From the NCBI GenBank assembly GCA_030264375.1, contig JASCQW010000098.1, positions 13,097,653 to 13,161,652 on the forward strand: 64,000 bases of DNA. The letters are read 5' to 3'. Made by a program: the position numbers and the translations under genes. The DNA comes from Carcharhinus longimanus. Its lineage: Eukaryota. The notes beneath the pieces were generated by a model. The model searched no databases, was not told where the DNA came from, and saw nothing but the letters and a program-made list of their open reading frames with translations. Positions 12,352 through 24,590 of the stretch are shown here, one piece after another; within the stretch, counting starts at the first letter, position 1, and each line of letters opens with the position of its first letter.

Positions 12352-13995
12352 CTGGGTGAACTTGTCTCATGTGATATGTTACAGGATATTGATGGGATTC
12401 ACCACACAGTTCGCATATCGTGTCCTTCTCGGGGCCTCCCATTGCGAGCTGTGCCATTTCTCCAAAAAGATTTCCTCTGGGTCTCGCCTCTGCTTTGTCT
12501 TTTTTCTTCTTTTCTTTCTTACTCTTTTTGTTGTCTTTTTCATTCTCTTTTTTCTTCAGTATAGCACTTGAACCAGGGCTGGGAAAGATCATGTTCTGAG
12601 TGGCTGCTTTTATGGTTGCCATCGATATATCTTCCCAAAAGGCAACAAGGTGCTGCAAAGTAAGAGGCAAAGAGGACCTACTCTTCATAGAATGATGGCT
12701 CAAAGCTTCATAGGCTGTTGAATCTGCTTTTCCATCTTCATTTTTCTCTGGCAGTGGGGGTTCCTTGAGCATTGAGAGCACCTTATTTTTATTAATACTG
12801 CCCATTTTAGATATGTCTGGACCATGAGGAGAAATATTAAACATATTTAGAGCAGATGATATTTCCAATGAATGCCTATTCTTTAGTTTGGTCTCTCGCT
12901 CTTCCATGCCTTGTTGGCTGTGAAGGCTGCTTCTCATTGGTGCATATTCTTTACTAAGGTCAGGATTAAATTTCAAGAAAGATGAACATGCCATTGCATC
13001 ATGGACAACCCCTTCATGCCATAGGAAAGCTGCAAATACCGCACGGGCACATTCGGCGACAGATGGAGACATTGCCTGTTTTGGTGGCTCGACAGTTGAA
13101 TTACTCTCGTCCCTGAAAATGGTTCCCATTTTTTCCTTCTTGGGCCTTGTGTGTCTGCCAGTACTCTTACGACTCATCTTAGGGGATGATCTAGTTTCTT
13201 GCTCTTCTTTGGGTGGAGCCTTTCCGATGCTGAAATGGACCTTTGGACAGGAGTCATCAGGGTTTTGCATTTCAGCTATTTTTTCAGAGACTGCATCTGA
13301 ATTACTGGTTGTTGTTAGAGTACTAGATGTACAAATCGCAACTATCTCACTATGAAGATTTTCTTGAACTACTTGGGGGGAAGGCGTCCTGTTCTCAGTG
13401 TTGCTGGCAGTTTTTGCCTCTTTGGGTAGTAATTTTGGTTTAGGTGAAGTTGACCGCCCTCTTAAAGGCTCCATTAGAGGAACCTTTTTCTTACGAACTG
13501 TATCAGGGTCCAAAGTGTATGAGTCAGATTTTGATCTCTCGCGTGGTGGTTCCAATCTTATTTTTGCCGTTGTGTTAGCTTTATGAATTAAGTTCCTTTC
13601 ATGAGGAGAAGACGGTCTTGGAGAATTGGGACTTGATGGGCTGCCTTTCCCAGATGATAACTTCTGCTTTGACAATGTTGACCGTGACCCTGGTGTTGGT
13701 GACTCTGCTCTTAGCCCAGCAGCGGCCTTTTCATCTGTTTTTAGTGACTGCAATGTATTATGGTTTGGAGAAAGCGATCTACTATGAGAGTCTGATCGCA
13801 ATTTGGCAGTGTCTGATTTAAGCATGAGGGATTCACTTGCAGACAAGTTTTCTGCATTTTTTGTCTTTGTTTGCTCTACAGCAGCTTTGCTGATCCGACC
13901 TTCAATTTTTTGCAATCGATTTTCAGTTTTGTGTTTACACGATAAGTCAAAGTTTCCAGATGGTCTTCCAGATAGTACAATGTTTCCTTTATCAC
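12352..13995 (-). CDS. MYCBP2: MYCBP2 large exon (1644 nt): Ser/Pro/Lys-rich region, MSPSVAECARAVFAAFLWHEGVVHDAMAC, Lys-rich NLS-like run, CELCGESHQYPVTYHMRQVHP(G)
   Basis: Within ORF 12344..14029; ttttcag|GTGAT...CCAG|gtaact; phase 1-1. Confidence 0.97.
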
Positions 13996-14320
13996 CTGAA
14001 AACAACATTTTGGAGACAAAGTCAGTCATTTACTACTTTATTTTCAGAACAAAGACAACCTACTTCATTATATTTTCCATTGTTCCACTGCTGCATAGAT
14101 GGATGGAATTGCAGCAATATTCCTCAGATACGATATTTTAAATAAGTAAATTTAATATACAGGTTATTTCCCAACTCTCTCATAACAGTAAAGAACAGAA
14201 TGCACTTCAGTCCACATTTCACAAATAATTAGCTGTTCTTCTGATTTAAGACTGCAGTAGCAAAGAAACAACAATAAAAGGGGTGTATTAGCATTATAAA
14301 CAAAAACACCAAGTTAGTTA

Positions 14321-14525
14321 GGGTGGCACAGTGGTTAGTACTGCTGCCTCAGTACCAGGGACCCGGGTTCGATTCCAGCCTCTTGTTACTGACTGTGTGG
14401 AGTTTGCATGTTCTTCCTATGTCTGCATGGGATTCTTCAGGTTTCCTCCCACAGTCCAAAGATGGGCAAGTTATGTGGATTGGTCATGCTAGTTTCCAAA
14501 GATGTGTAGGTAAAGTGGATCAGCC
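14321..14525 (+). mobile_element. HE1/V-SINE-type SINE, 5' part
   Basis: A/B boxes and V-domain. Confidence 0.88.
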
Positions 14526-14766
14526 CTGATGAAAAAATCTCAGTCTGCATAACTTTGCATTAAAAAAACAAATTGCCTTGGTTAGGCTACTGTATTATCC
14601 CCATTCCTTAAGTCACATATGAAAATGGTAAAGTGGGGTCTCCAACTTTTAAGTGCAGGGAAAAAAAAACAGTATTTCAGTATAAAATATATTTAAGCTT
14701 TCAGCAACTGCAACAAACTATCAGATTGCCCCAAAAGTTTGCAAATAAGAGATCACTGAAAGTTAT

Positions 14767-15072
14767 CATAGAATCGCTAAAGTGCAGAGAGAGGCCAATT
14801 GGGCCTATCGAGTCTGCATCGACAACAATCCTACTCAGCCCCTGCCCCCGTAACCCCACATATTTATCTTGCTAATCCCCCTAACCTACACATCTTGGGA
14901 CACTAAGGGACAATTCAACTTAACCTGCATATCTTTGGACTGTGGGAGGAAACCAGAGCACCCAGAGGAAACCCACGCCAACATAGGGAGAACAAACTCC
15001 ACACAGTCAGCCGAGGCCAGAATTGAACCTGGATCCCTGCGGTGAGAGACAGCAGTGCTAACTACTGTGACC
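14767..15072 (-). mobile_element. HE1/V-SINE-type SINE
   Basis: Reverse complement of head, V-domain and tail. Confidence 0.88.
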
Positions 15073-15376
15073 AACTCAAAAAAATTTCTAAACTAACTGG
15101 AACACCCTCAAGAATCTCAAGAACTTATTGAAAAAAAACAGTTCAGCTCTGCAGTACAAACTAGTGAAACACTTAAATCCAAAGGTTTTTGGAGGAACCA
15201 GCGCATGAAGCAATAAATCATGCTGCACAGTTATCAAAACACTGACCCTGAAGTGGATAAAAAATGAAATGTATGTCAACATGAATTTATAAGCAAGAGC
15301 AAAAGCAGCACTGTTATCCTCTGCAGGAGTCCAACAGTCACACAGATTTTGTTTTCATCACTACATGCATACCCAC

Positions 15377-15478
15377 CCTTTGACTTCAGAGACACAGAGC
15401 AGACACCTGACCCAGGGCCTGAAGGACTATTACTTTTGTATGAGCGCTCACGTGAAGCAAGGCTGCGTGATGAAGTGT
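15377..15478 (-). CDS. MYCBP2: MYCBP2 cassette exon (102 nt): TSSRSLASRERSYKSNSPSGPGSGVCSVSLKSK(G)
   Basis: ctctgtag|ACACT...AAAGG|gtgggt; phase 1-1; resembles recalled mammalian KSPSRNLASRERIYKN; TGCATG just downstream (15364-15369). Confidence 0.82.
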
Positions 15479-16027
15479 CTACAGAGGAAGACAGTGGCAG
15501 ATAAGCAGCAAAGATTCAATGACAGAAACGCTTCANNNNNNNNNNNNNNNNNNNNNNNNNNNNNNNNNNNNNNNNNNNNNNNNNNNNNNNNNNNNNNNNN
15601 NNNNNNNNNNNNNNNNNNNNNNNNNNNNNNNNNNNAGAAAGAATTAGCAAAGAAGCTATTTACAGATACATTTACAAGTTTAAAAAAGTCAGCTAAGTTT
15701 TGAAATGAGATAAAACTTGGTAGTTTTGTTTCTGTTTTTACCTCTGACAATTCAGCACATGTTGGCGTTTTGTCAGTCAGTGCTAATGCAATGGAACCAA
15801 CTATTTGTTAAAAAAAACATTGATAATTGTAAGGAGCATCCCAGTCTGCACAAGTTACTATCAAGTAACAAAATGCTGTAAAATCTGCATCAAAAGAAAA
15901 ATGCTTTAAAATTGGTGTACAAAATTTAATTTATTATAGTATTTTACTGATGGAAGAGAGTCTAGAGAACCATAATAGTAAAGCAACAGGATGGAACATG
16001 TTAGGCAGATGAGACAGACAGACTTAC

Positions 16028-16189
16028 TCAGAAGCTGCGGTTGAGACTGCGGCAAGGAAAGGGGTTGTCCAAACACAAATGGGCTGTGAACAAGGGAAGA
16101 GGAAGGCTTTGCAGCTTGACCAAAGACGCTAGAAGCTGGAAGGAAAGGCTGTGACTGAATGGTATTCAGTATGGCACTCAGCTGGTCAC
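16028..16189 (-). CDS. MYCBP2: MYCBP2 cassette exon (162 nt): (G)DQLSAILNTIQSQPFLPASSVFGQAAKPSSSLVHSPFVFGQPLSLPQSQPQLL
   Basis: ctacag|GTGAC...CTGA|gtaagt; phase 1-1; resembles the recalled mammalian alternative exon GDQLSAILNSIQ...SLVHSPFVFGQPLS. Confidence 0.88.
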
Positions 16190-18999
16190 CTGTAGCAGGC
16201 AAAATTAAGTAAGACTATGTTTGGTTCCTTAACTCCCTCAATTGATATCTTCCAATGATATTACGTTGGCATGAAAGTGAGGAACATGAAACTAATTTTC
16301 ATGCTACCCCACAATTATCCAGCAAGTTAAAAACACACGTAGTGAATGAATCACAACATATAATCTGGCCTCAATTGTTGGCTACCAGCTTTCAAAGCAG
16401 TTGTGTGTGACAATTCTTCATGACTAGTCTAAGTGGACTATCATTTCTAAAGTTTAGGGATACACTGTATTAACGTAATTCCCATAAATCTGGAAGACTA
16501 CCTTTCAAAGTAGATACGCTCACAAGTAGCAATATTCTTGCATTATCACCATTGCCTTGAAACCTTGGTTCTGGATTAAGTTCAAGTTCAGCATGGATTC
16601 CACTCATTCTACTCTTTTGAGGTGCAATATCAGGAACAAAGCATCAAGTGTCCCTGAGCTAATCTTGTAAACAGAATTCATGAACATCCATTAAAAGTAC
16701 TATTATAGATGTATTCTGCTGTGAGAAATTTCAGAATTCTTGGGCTGATTTCAAAGACAGACAGATGCTAATCTTTTCCAAGTTTCCACAGTAGCCAGTT
16801 TCAGAAATAGAATTTGCTGTTGGCCAAAGCTCAGACGAGCGTCTTTCTAACTAACCTGCGAACTCAGGGGAGTTGTGATAATTGAGCAAAGAAGCTTCTT
16901 TCAAAGTCCTTGTGATTCTTCTGTCAGGCTTTCCTTCAGGGTTCCTACACTGAATCATCGAATGGCGATTGTACAGGACATGACCACTTGGCTGGTCATG
17001 TTTGCATCAGCATTCTACAAGGATTCAGATTGTCTCAGTCCCTAGCCTTTCCCCAAAGCTCTTACACATTCCATTTTCAAATGCTTCAGATCTGTGAACG
17101 ATGGACGTCAATTTTGTTTTTACCCCCAAGACTGTGGGGCTCCCATCCTAATTCTAGTTTGCCATCACTGACACATTGATACTCAGCTTGATACAGCATT
17201 TACTCAGGGAAAGTGCTTCACCACTTCAAGAAACTCTTGGTTAAGAATTATTTCCAGGACACAGAGGAGTGCCCACATTCTCCACCCCTCAAGGAGGCAC
17301 CTTTCAGAATTTCAAATTCTGTTCCAAGGAAGGATAATTCCCAGAGATGTTGAAAATATATCATTGACTACCTCCAGTAGGAAGAATTGTCTTCCAGGAG
17401 TCGAAGATAGCTTTTGAGACAGATTCAGGATGTGCAGACTTTCTGGCACTTGGGGCATTTGCTATCATGTGGGAGTTAGAAAATGGGCAACTGCATAATA
17501 CAAGGCTGCATTGCAGACAAAATGGATCTCCACAAATTGCTAAAAAAAAATATTCAAATAAGGTGGAAAGCTCAGTCATCAACATGTGGTCCTGTGATGT
17601 GTAAGAGGAATATAAACGAAACAGACACAAGTAGACTGCTGCCACAGAAAAGCAACCTTGCTCATATCTTGGATGCAAAAATTAGATTAAAACTTTTATT
17701 GAAATTGTGCATAAATAGTGCATTGCGACATTTGCTAAGTTTGTGAACGAATTGCAAAAATGGAAGCAATTATCCAGGGAGGTATACTTTGTCTAAAAAG
17801 CACGCCCTTCAGCCAAACTACCTGATGACCTTAAAGCTAATTTTCTTTATACTTTAAAAGGAGAACTTCAAGTACAGGATTGGANNNNNNNNNNNNNNNN
17901 NNATTTGGACCAAAAATAGAACCTGGCATTCGTGAAACTCTTACAGCATCAAAGGAAAGCCAGCTTTCAAGAAGCTTGGTTCAACCTACAAAATTACTCC
18001 AGTGAAGGAGCATCCCAAGTCATGCACATAAACAGATTTACTTGAAATAACCCTGCTACAAGTATATTTAACAGTAACCTCGATGTCCCAGTTCAAGCAC
18101 TGCCTGCAGTACACATCCATAGACCCTTAAAAAGTTTGGGAACTTTGAGGTCAAGGAATAGCATCACTGTTCGAGTGGCTGAAAATCCACTTCTAAAGCC
18201 ATTGTGCAAAAAGATTTTCTAGTTAAATTCTGGCTTATAATTGGCTTTACGGCCCCTAAAAAAAAGCTGGCTTAGAGAATTTGATTCCCACTATATGCTT
18301 CATTTTTGAGGGAGCCTGAGGAATGTGTTACCTGAACTTGTTCTCTGGTGTGCAAAGTGCTTATTTTGGACAAGGCCTTTGCCAAGCTTCTGTTGTTTCA
18401 GGGCAATGACTGAAAATTCATTTTAAAAAGCCTGAAAATTTTCTGAAGGAGAGGCTGCATACTTTGGTTCAGAAGATCTATTAGGCTAGTCCTTACCACA
18501 AACTTATTGTATTTATTGGAGATTTATTGTTAAACAGATTCTTCTCCTTCACACCTCCAAAAAGTCATTCTGAGGGATTTGAAGATGCTCAACACCTGGA
18601 GAAGTGCCTCATAAAACACTGAGGCCAAATAGATACAAGTAGTCAAAGTCTGACCAAGAATGGGTTGGGCGCATAATTGATGTCCAAATGCAAGGTGAAG
18701 AAAAGCTCTATAGAAATAGAATGCTTTCAGACTACACAAGGGCTTTAGCAGCTCTTGAATTTTAAACCATGCTGCCCTGAAGGAAGTGTGAAACATAGGT
18801 TCACTGCTTCTCTACAAAGAAAAAAGGGACAAAATAAGTATTCCAAGTATTATTAAGCAATCAACTCGAGGATTTCTTGCAGAGCTGAGTGGACAGTTTT
18901 AAAGTGGTACTTGGTCCGAAAATACGTCAGTTAAGCCCCTTGTTTTATCTAGGATCGAGATCATTAACTAGTAAAAGAAACAGAATCTACTTGGATGGC

Positions 19000-19260
19000 A
19001 GTATGGAGTTTGCACATTCTCCCTGTGTCTGCACGCATTTCTTCCGGGCGCTCCAGTTTTCTTCCACAGTCCAAAAATGTGCAAGTTAGGTGGATTGGCC
19101 ATGCTAAATTGTCCCGTAGTGTCTTAAGATGTCTAAGTTCATTGGGTAAATATGCGGGGTTATGGGGATAGGGCCTAGGTCAGATGCTCTGAAAGAGTCG
19201 ATGCAGACGCAATGGGCCAAATGACCACCTTCAGCACTATAGGGATTCTATCATTCTATA
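19000..19260 (+). mobile_element. HE1-type SINE, 5'-truncated
   Basis: V-domain tggagtttgcacattctccc through the tail gggattctat. Confidence 0.85.
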
Positions 19261-19839
19261 CTTGAAGAAACTTAAAAATAAAATTAAACAAGCAAAAAAG
19301 CAGCATACTGGGGTGCAATAAACTTATTCAGGTGTTTGACAGCTATTTTACGCACGATTGAGATGCTCAAACCTTGATGAATGCACAACTAGCTGCATGA
19401 ATTTCCTTGAACTATTTTTCATAAATAGCAGACAAAAATAGAATCTTTATATTTCAGTTCAGTCATTCTGGAAGCCAACTAATGGAGAGAACATTTCAGG
19501 CTGCGGTGATTAGACTGCTCAATTGTGCCAAGTGAAAATGTAGGCTGTTTAAGAATGTTTTGATATATAAAATGAGATACAAAAACTACATTATTCAAAT
19601 TACTTAAATTTCAACATGAATTTTGAGCGCCGTGTTGTACTCTTAATTTTACAATGTTATTGGGCAAATGAAGCTCAACAGATTCCATTGAATTAGCAAA
19701 GAAACAAACATTGTTTTGGAAGGAGAATGGAAAATATTACCTTGTTATAGTTAGGCAGTATTTCTTCCTAGTTTTACCTGAATACAAAAAAAAAATGCAT
19801 ACACCATAACATATCCAACCACAATGTTCCCCCACTTAC

Positions 19840-19884
19840 CAGGCTCCGTGAAGGATCCCAAATCAAGGTCCGTAGTCATTTCAT
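19840..19884 (-). CDS. MYCBP2: Probable MYCBP2 cassette exon (45 nt): (D)EMTTDLDLGSFTEP(G)
   Basis: ttcttttttaaag|ATGAA...CCTG|gtaagt; symmetric phase 1-1 and open in the expected frame. Confidence 0.75.
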
Positions 19885-20929
19885 CTTTAAAAAAGAAAAT
19901 TGGAATAAATTTAGCATAAAACTGCATTAATGCAATGTTGTCAATTTACTAGTGGTGCAATTGCTTTTTTAAACACAAAATGGAAGCCACTGCAGTGAAT
20001 GAGAAATGATTGAATATAGCACATCAACAATTTGACTCAAAGTCCTTGTAAGTAAACCACCACTGAATTCTCAATGTTTGCTTTGAAAAATGCTATAGCA
20101 AATTAGAGGCTTTGAAGGATTGCTCTGTAATGCTATTTAAAACGAGTCAGGAAGCTCCATATCTCATACTCTCATTCCAGGTAATTTCCTGTTTCAAAAG
20201 AGTGAGTAGGATTTCATTTTCAACTGGTCATGAACTCAAAATTTTATCTTTGTACTGTAACTGGGCATGAGCATTTAGATTTCCCGATTGGCATAACTCC
20301 AGTTTAACACCTGTGATAATTTGAGACCAGCGCTCAAGTATTTCTAGGATAAAATCAAACAACTTACTAACTACGTAAAAACAAACATGAATCTGGTGAA
20401 AATTTAGACACTGGCAATTAAGTGACAGTAGTCCGTTTTGATGCCAGCCACAACATATCAAACATAAATGATGTGTATGTGAAGTATGGTTGATTTACAC
20501 TGGCTCTACAGTATTAAACTGTAGTCATTTTCTGCAGTCATTAAATTATGGCATTAATTATGCCACTCAGTTTGTCAGAAGCCTTTCCCACTTTCCAATC
20601 TCTCACCTCAGAAAAACAGAATGAAGATAACTCTAATAAGAGTTATCAGTTTTAGGGCCAATGAGCCAAAAATTTCCTTTAGAATTATTTCTGACACATA
20701 CACCGCATTCATCTTAAACCATATTAAAACAGTTGAGATCACCCTTTACATTCCAAAGCTCCTCAGTCCTTTATGATATTTAAAAAAGCTTTTGGCTTTC
20801 AGCTGTTCTGTAACATTGCAAATGTGAAAACATTCTTCCAATAAACTATTTGGACTTCATGTGGTGTCCCAAGACTTGCAAATACTTCAAAGGGCAGCAT
20901 AAAGAATTCACTACTGAATAGTAGGAAAC

Positions 20930-21015
20930 AGAATGTGGTTGACTCTCAACTGCCTTCCAAGGGCAACTAGGGATGGGCAATAAATGCTGGCCAGCCAGCA
21001 ACGCCAATGAATAAA
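20930..21015 (+). mobile_element. 3' tail of an interspersed LINE/SINE family (related copies at about 24300-24590 minus, 54040-54140 minus, 60760-60925 plus)
   Basis: Shared aatgtggttgactctcaactgcc...gggatgggcaataaatgc. Confidence 0.7.
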
Positions 21016-21855
21016 AGGAACAATACCAACAACTTGATAAGCCAAACAGAGATATTCTTCAATAAGAAATGGGAAAAATTTAATGCTTTGGGGCACTCAG
21101 ATGCCCAATTGCAGTCACAGAAAGTCAGCCGCTCACACAACTGGCCATAATCTTTTTGATAATTCCACCATCACAGAAAATCCTAAGAAATGAATCTCCG
21201 AAATGACAGCCAGCAGATGGCAGAATATAAAAGTGAAGAAAAGCAAATTTTGAAAACAAAAATGAAACCAACTCAAAATTGACAAATGTGTCTATTCTTC
21301 TCATGCTGAAATCATTTTAGTTACATCTTTTAAGTTCACAGAAGAGTGAATCCTTCCATCTTTTGGAGTTACAAACAACTTGGGTTTATGTAGCACCTTA
21401 GCCCTTAATGTAATAAAATGTCTCAAGGTTCTTCAGGGAAGCATTATAAAACAAAATTTGTCACAGAGCATTATAAGGAGATAGATTTAAGGCAGACAAC
21501 CAAAAGGTTGGTCAGAGATTGGTTTTAAGGAGCACCTTCAAGGGTACAGGGTTAGGGAGGTGGAGAAGTTGGAGGAAGAAATTCCAGAACTTGAAGGTTT
21601 ATATTAATAAGCATATTTATAGAAACCACTTCATACTTGTGTTACAGAAATGCCTATTGTATTTAATAATACCAAAAGGAGCAGGATCAGAGACTAACTT
21701 CTAATTTTTATTTCTAAACATCCAAATATTTCCTACTGTATAGCCTAAAAACTGAAAATAAACTTAGGCCACTGAGCAACAAAAACAAGGCAGTGCAAAA
21801 TTCACAGAATGTGGATTTCCTTCAATTAAATAAACAAACAATGATGTTTACACAC

Positions 21856-21981
21856 CTTTGGCATTTGCAAGGCTATAGTCAAATCCTTGAGAGTTGTTGC
21901 CACTTGCACTCCTGTTGAAGGCAGGAGCAGTGAAAGGACTGGGAGGAGGTGTCTGAGGTGCTTGATCCAATAGTAGTTGCT
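21856..21981 (-). CDS. MYCBP2: MYCBP2 exon: (E)QLLLDQAPQTPPPSPFTAPAFNRSASGNNSQGFDYSLANAK(G/D)
   Basis: gacag|AGCAA...AAAG|gtgtgt; 126 nt, phase 1-1. Confidence 0.93.
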
Positions 21982-22599
21982 CTGTCAAAGAAAACGATTT
22001 TAATGGCTTTTGCAAAAATTGTGAATTAAGTGAGAACAACTTAGCTTGTTTAAAAACTCATTTGCATTTGGCAGGGTCAAAATTTATTGAGCATAATACT
22101 GGCCTTTTTCCTGCAGAGTTTCATTTTCAAAAAAATGTTTGGGGTTAGAATCAACTCAGAATACCTTCTGCCTAGAAGAATGGTGGGTAAACAGAAGGGG
22201 GAAAGAACAGCCATTATAGAGCAAAGAAACAATCCAGCTGCTGCTTTGGGGTCCTACACTTTGACAGATGGATGAGCTTTGGAACAACCTCAAAAAAGTG
22301 AGTTCATACTGGGAAAAGAGTTTTGCATTTGAGGCCAAAAGACAATTTCATAAATTTGGTTTGCACTCTTGGTAACGTATTTACTCAGAGACACACACCC
22401 AAAAACAGCATGCCCTGACTTGAACAAATTAGGGCAACCTTGAAACAAAACCTGTGGATTCTTTTATTCATTCATATTGGAACAAAAACAAGTGGTAAAC
22501 AAATTACATCACTTCACCTGGTAAGCAGCAGTGCAAGCTGCGGGATGTTCTCCATACAGGAAAAAAATCTACACTTCGCAGCCTTAAATTATGGTAACA

Positions 22600-22797
22600 A
22601 TTTTGGCCATATGAAATTGCCCCTTAGTATCCCAAGATGTGTAGGTTAGGTGTATTAGTCATGATAAATGTATGGGGTTACAGGGGAGGGGATAGGGTGG
22701 GGAGAGGGCCTGGGTAAGATACTCTGTCAAAGAGTCAGTGCAGACTCAATGGGCTGAATGGTCTCCTTCTACACTGTAAGGAGACTATGATTCTATG
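22600..22797 (+). mobile_element. HE1-type SINE, 3' half
   Basis: aaattgccccttagt...gggctgaatggtctccttctacactgtaa...gattctatg. Confidence 0.8.
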
Positions 22798-23682
22798 AAG
22801 TTACCAACTGCAGAGTCAGTTTCCAAAGATCTCCACTGTAGAACTATGGGTAGTTCTGCTGCTTACTCCATGATCAGACGTCCTGAACTGCTGTAACTCC
22901 TAATCTAGGATGTTGATGCCTTTAAGCAACTCTACCAAAAGAATGGAAGACTCTGCACTCATGACATACCCATTAAGTTATGCAGACCTTAAATACTGAG
23001 TTTCAATTCAATCATTAAATCACTGTTTATAGAACACATTCCCACAAAATCTCTGTCTGAGGTAAAACACTGAGATGAATCCCTTCCAGACAGAGGTCCA
23101 AGCAATCCATGAGTTTTGGCTTCTGTTCCAGTCTCACCAACAGTAACCAATCTCCTTGCCACATGATTGGCTGAATATATATGGTGTGTTCCTGATGGGA
23201 TCCCCACTACTAAAGGAAGACCGTCATTGATCCTCTGGGAAACACTGGCAGTTCTGCTGTAGTACCAGAGCGGACAGGACAGCTTAAGGGACAACACTAG
23301 CCTAACCCTGTAGCTGTCAGCAGAAACAAAGGTATATATGACTAAGTAATTGATAACAGACTGGAGAGGGGCAACTGCTACAAGGTCTTCATGAGAAATT
23401 TTTAAAAATTCCTATGTAAAACTACAGTATATGGAAGAAAACTCAAAAATGGAGAACTCAGTGTCCTTGAGCATAAAGTTCAAACTAAAGATTACAACAA
23501 GAAAATAATTTCAACGGGCTAGTTATTTCAAGTGGCATTGCATGAGATTCATTTTGTATCATTATGTGCAAGATCACAATGAAGAATCCAGTTTTAGCTA
23601 TCAATTTGTATAATTTTTTGAAAATACTACTGTGAACAGAAGTATTCTGTATGAAGCAATTGAATGAATTATGAGTACCTAC

Positions 23683-23815
23683 CTTCTTCATGTCTTAGGT
23701 ACTGGTTACCACCTCGGTCTCTGGCCAAGGACCAAGCTTCACCATCACCACTTTCACAGAATTCCACCATACTGTTCTTATCAAGTTGGATCCACGTGCC
23801 CTCATGATTTGCCAC
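23683..23815 (-). CDS. MYCBP2: MYCBP2 exon: VANHEGTWIQLDKNSMVEFCESDGDGEAWSLARDRGGNQYLRHEE(E)
   Basis: aacag|GTGGCA...GAAG|gtaggt; 133 nt, phase 0-1. Confidence 0.95.
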
Positions 23816-24299
23816 CTGTTATACAAATGACACTTACTGTCCCGCTCCATATTTAATAGTAGAATTTGGGTGTCTGCAGAGTTGAGATTATTTAAATATT
23901 TTACATCTCAGAATTTAAAATGCCTTGGCTGTTCCAGCTCAAAATTACTTGGAAAGACCCTTTATATATCATATATTGTAACCATTTGTAGGTTACAAAC
24001 AAAAATACTGAATACTTAACGAAACAAATTTGAATTGTGATAGCTTATTGAATTTCTGAAATTTTAACGATTCACTGCTAAAAAACTACTCTGAATTTAA
24101 ACACAATGAGCTGGAATTTGCTGGAGCAGGGAATTTCACGGCATGATGGTTAGTTCAGATGTTTTCCAGTAACTTTTCGCTCAAAATATTTTTACCCTGC
24201 AAGTTGCTGGAAATGTGAACTGATGTGTTGCAAGGTCAACAGGGCACTTGGGGCCTTGGGTGGAAAATGGAATCAACTGTATACCTTTATTTTTATTCA

Positions 24300-24590
24300 T
24301 TCAATGCACCTTGCTTCATTGGCTGGGCTAGCATTTGTTGCCCATCCCTAATTGGCCTCGAGTGGCTGGCTTGGTAGGCCATTTCAGAGGATGTTTAAGA
24401 GTCAGTCATATTGCTGTGAATCTGGAGTCACATGCAGACCATACCAGGTATGGACGACAGATTTCTTTCCACAAGGGACATTAGTGAACCAGATGGGATT
24501 TTGGATTTGTGGTCATAATTAGACTTTTAATTCAAATTCCACCAAGTGCCCTGGTGGATTTGAAGCCAGGTTTCCAGAGCACTAACCTGG
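24300..24590 (-). mobile_element. Interspersed LINE/SINE 3' fragment (same family as 60760-60925)
   Basis: gcatttgttgcccatccctaatt...ctggagtcacatgcagacc is the reverse complement of the 60.8 kb copy. Confidence 0.7.

Noticed and set aside
13996-14029. ATG-initiated 561-aa standalone protein (MTDFVSKMLFS...)
   Set aside because: The first 11 codons are intronic (ctgac branch-like site, ttttcag acceptor); this is an internal MYCBP2 exon
9992-14145. Plus-strand ORFs overlapping exons (9992..10393, 12356..12571, 13119..13355, 13803..14141 etc.)
   Set aside because: Antisense shadows of MYCBP2 coding exons, with no independent support
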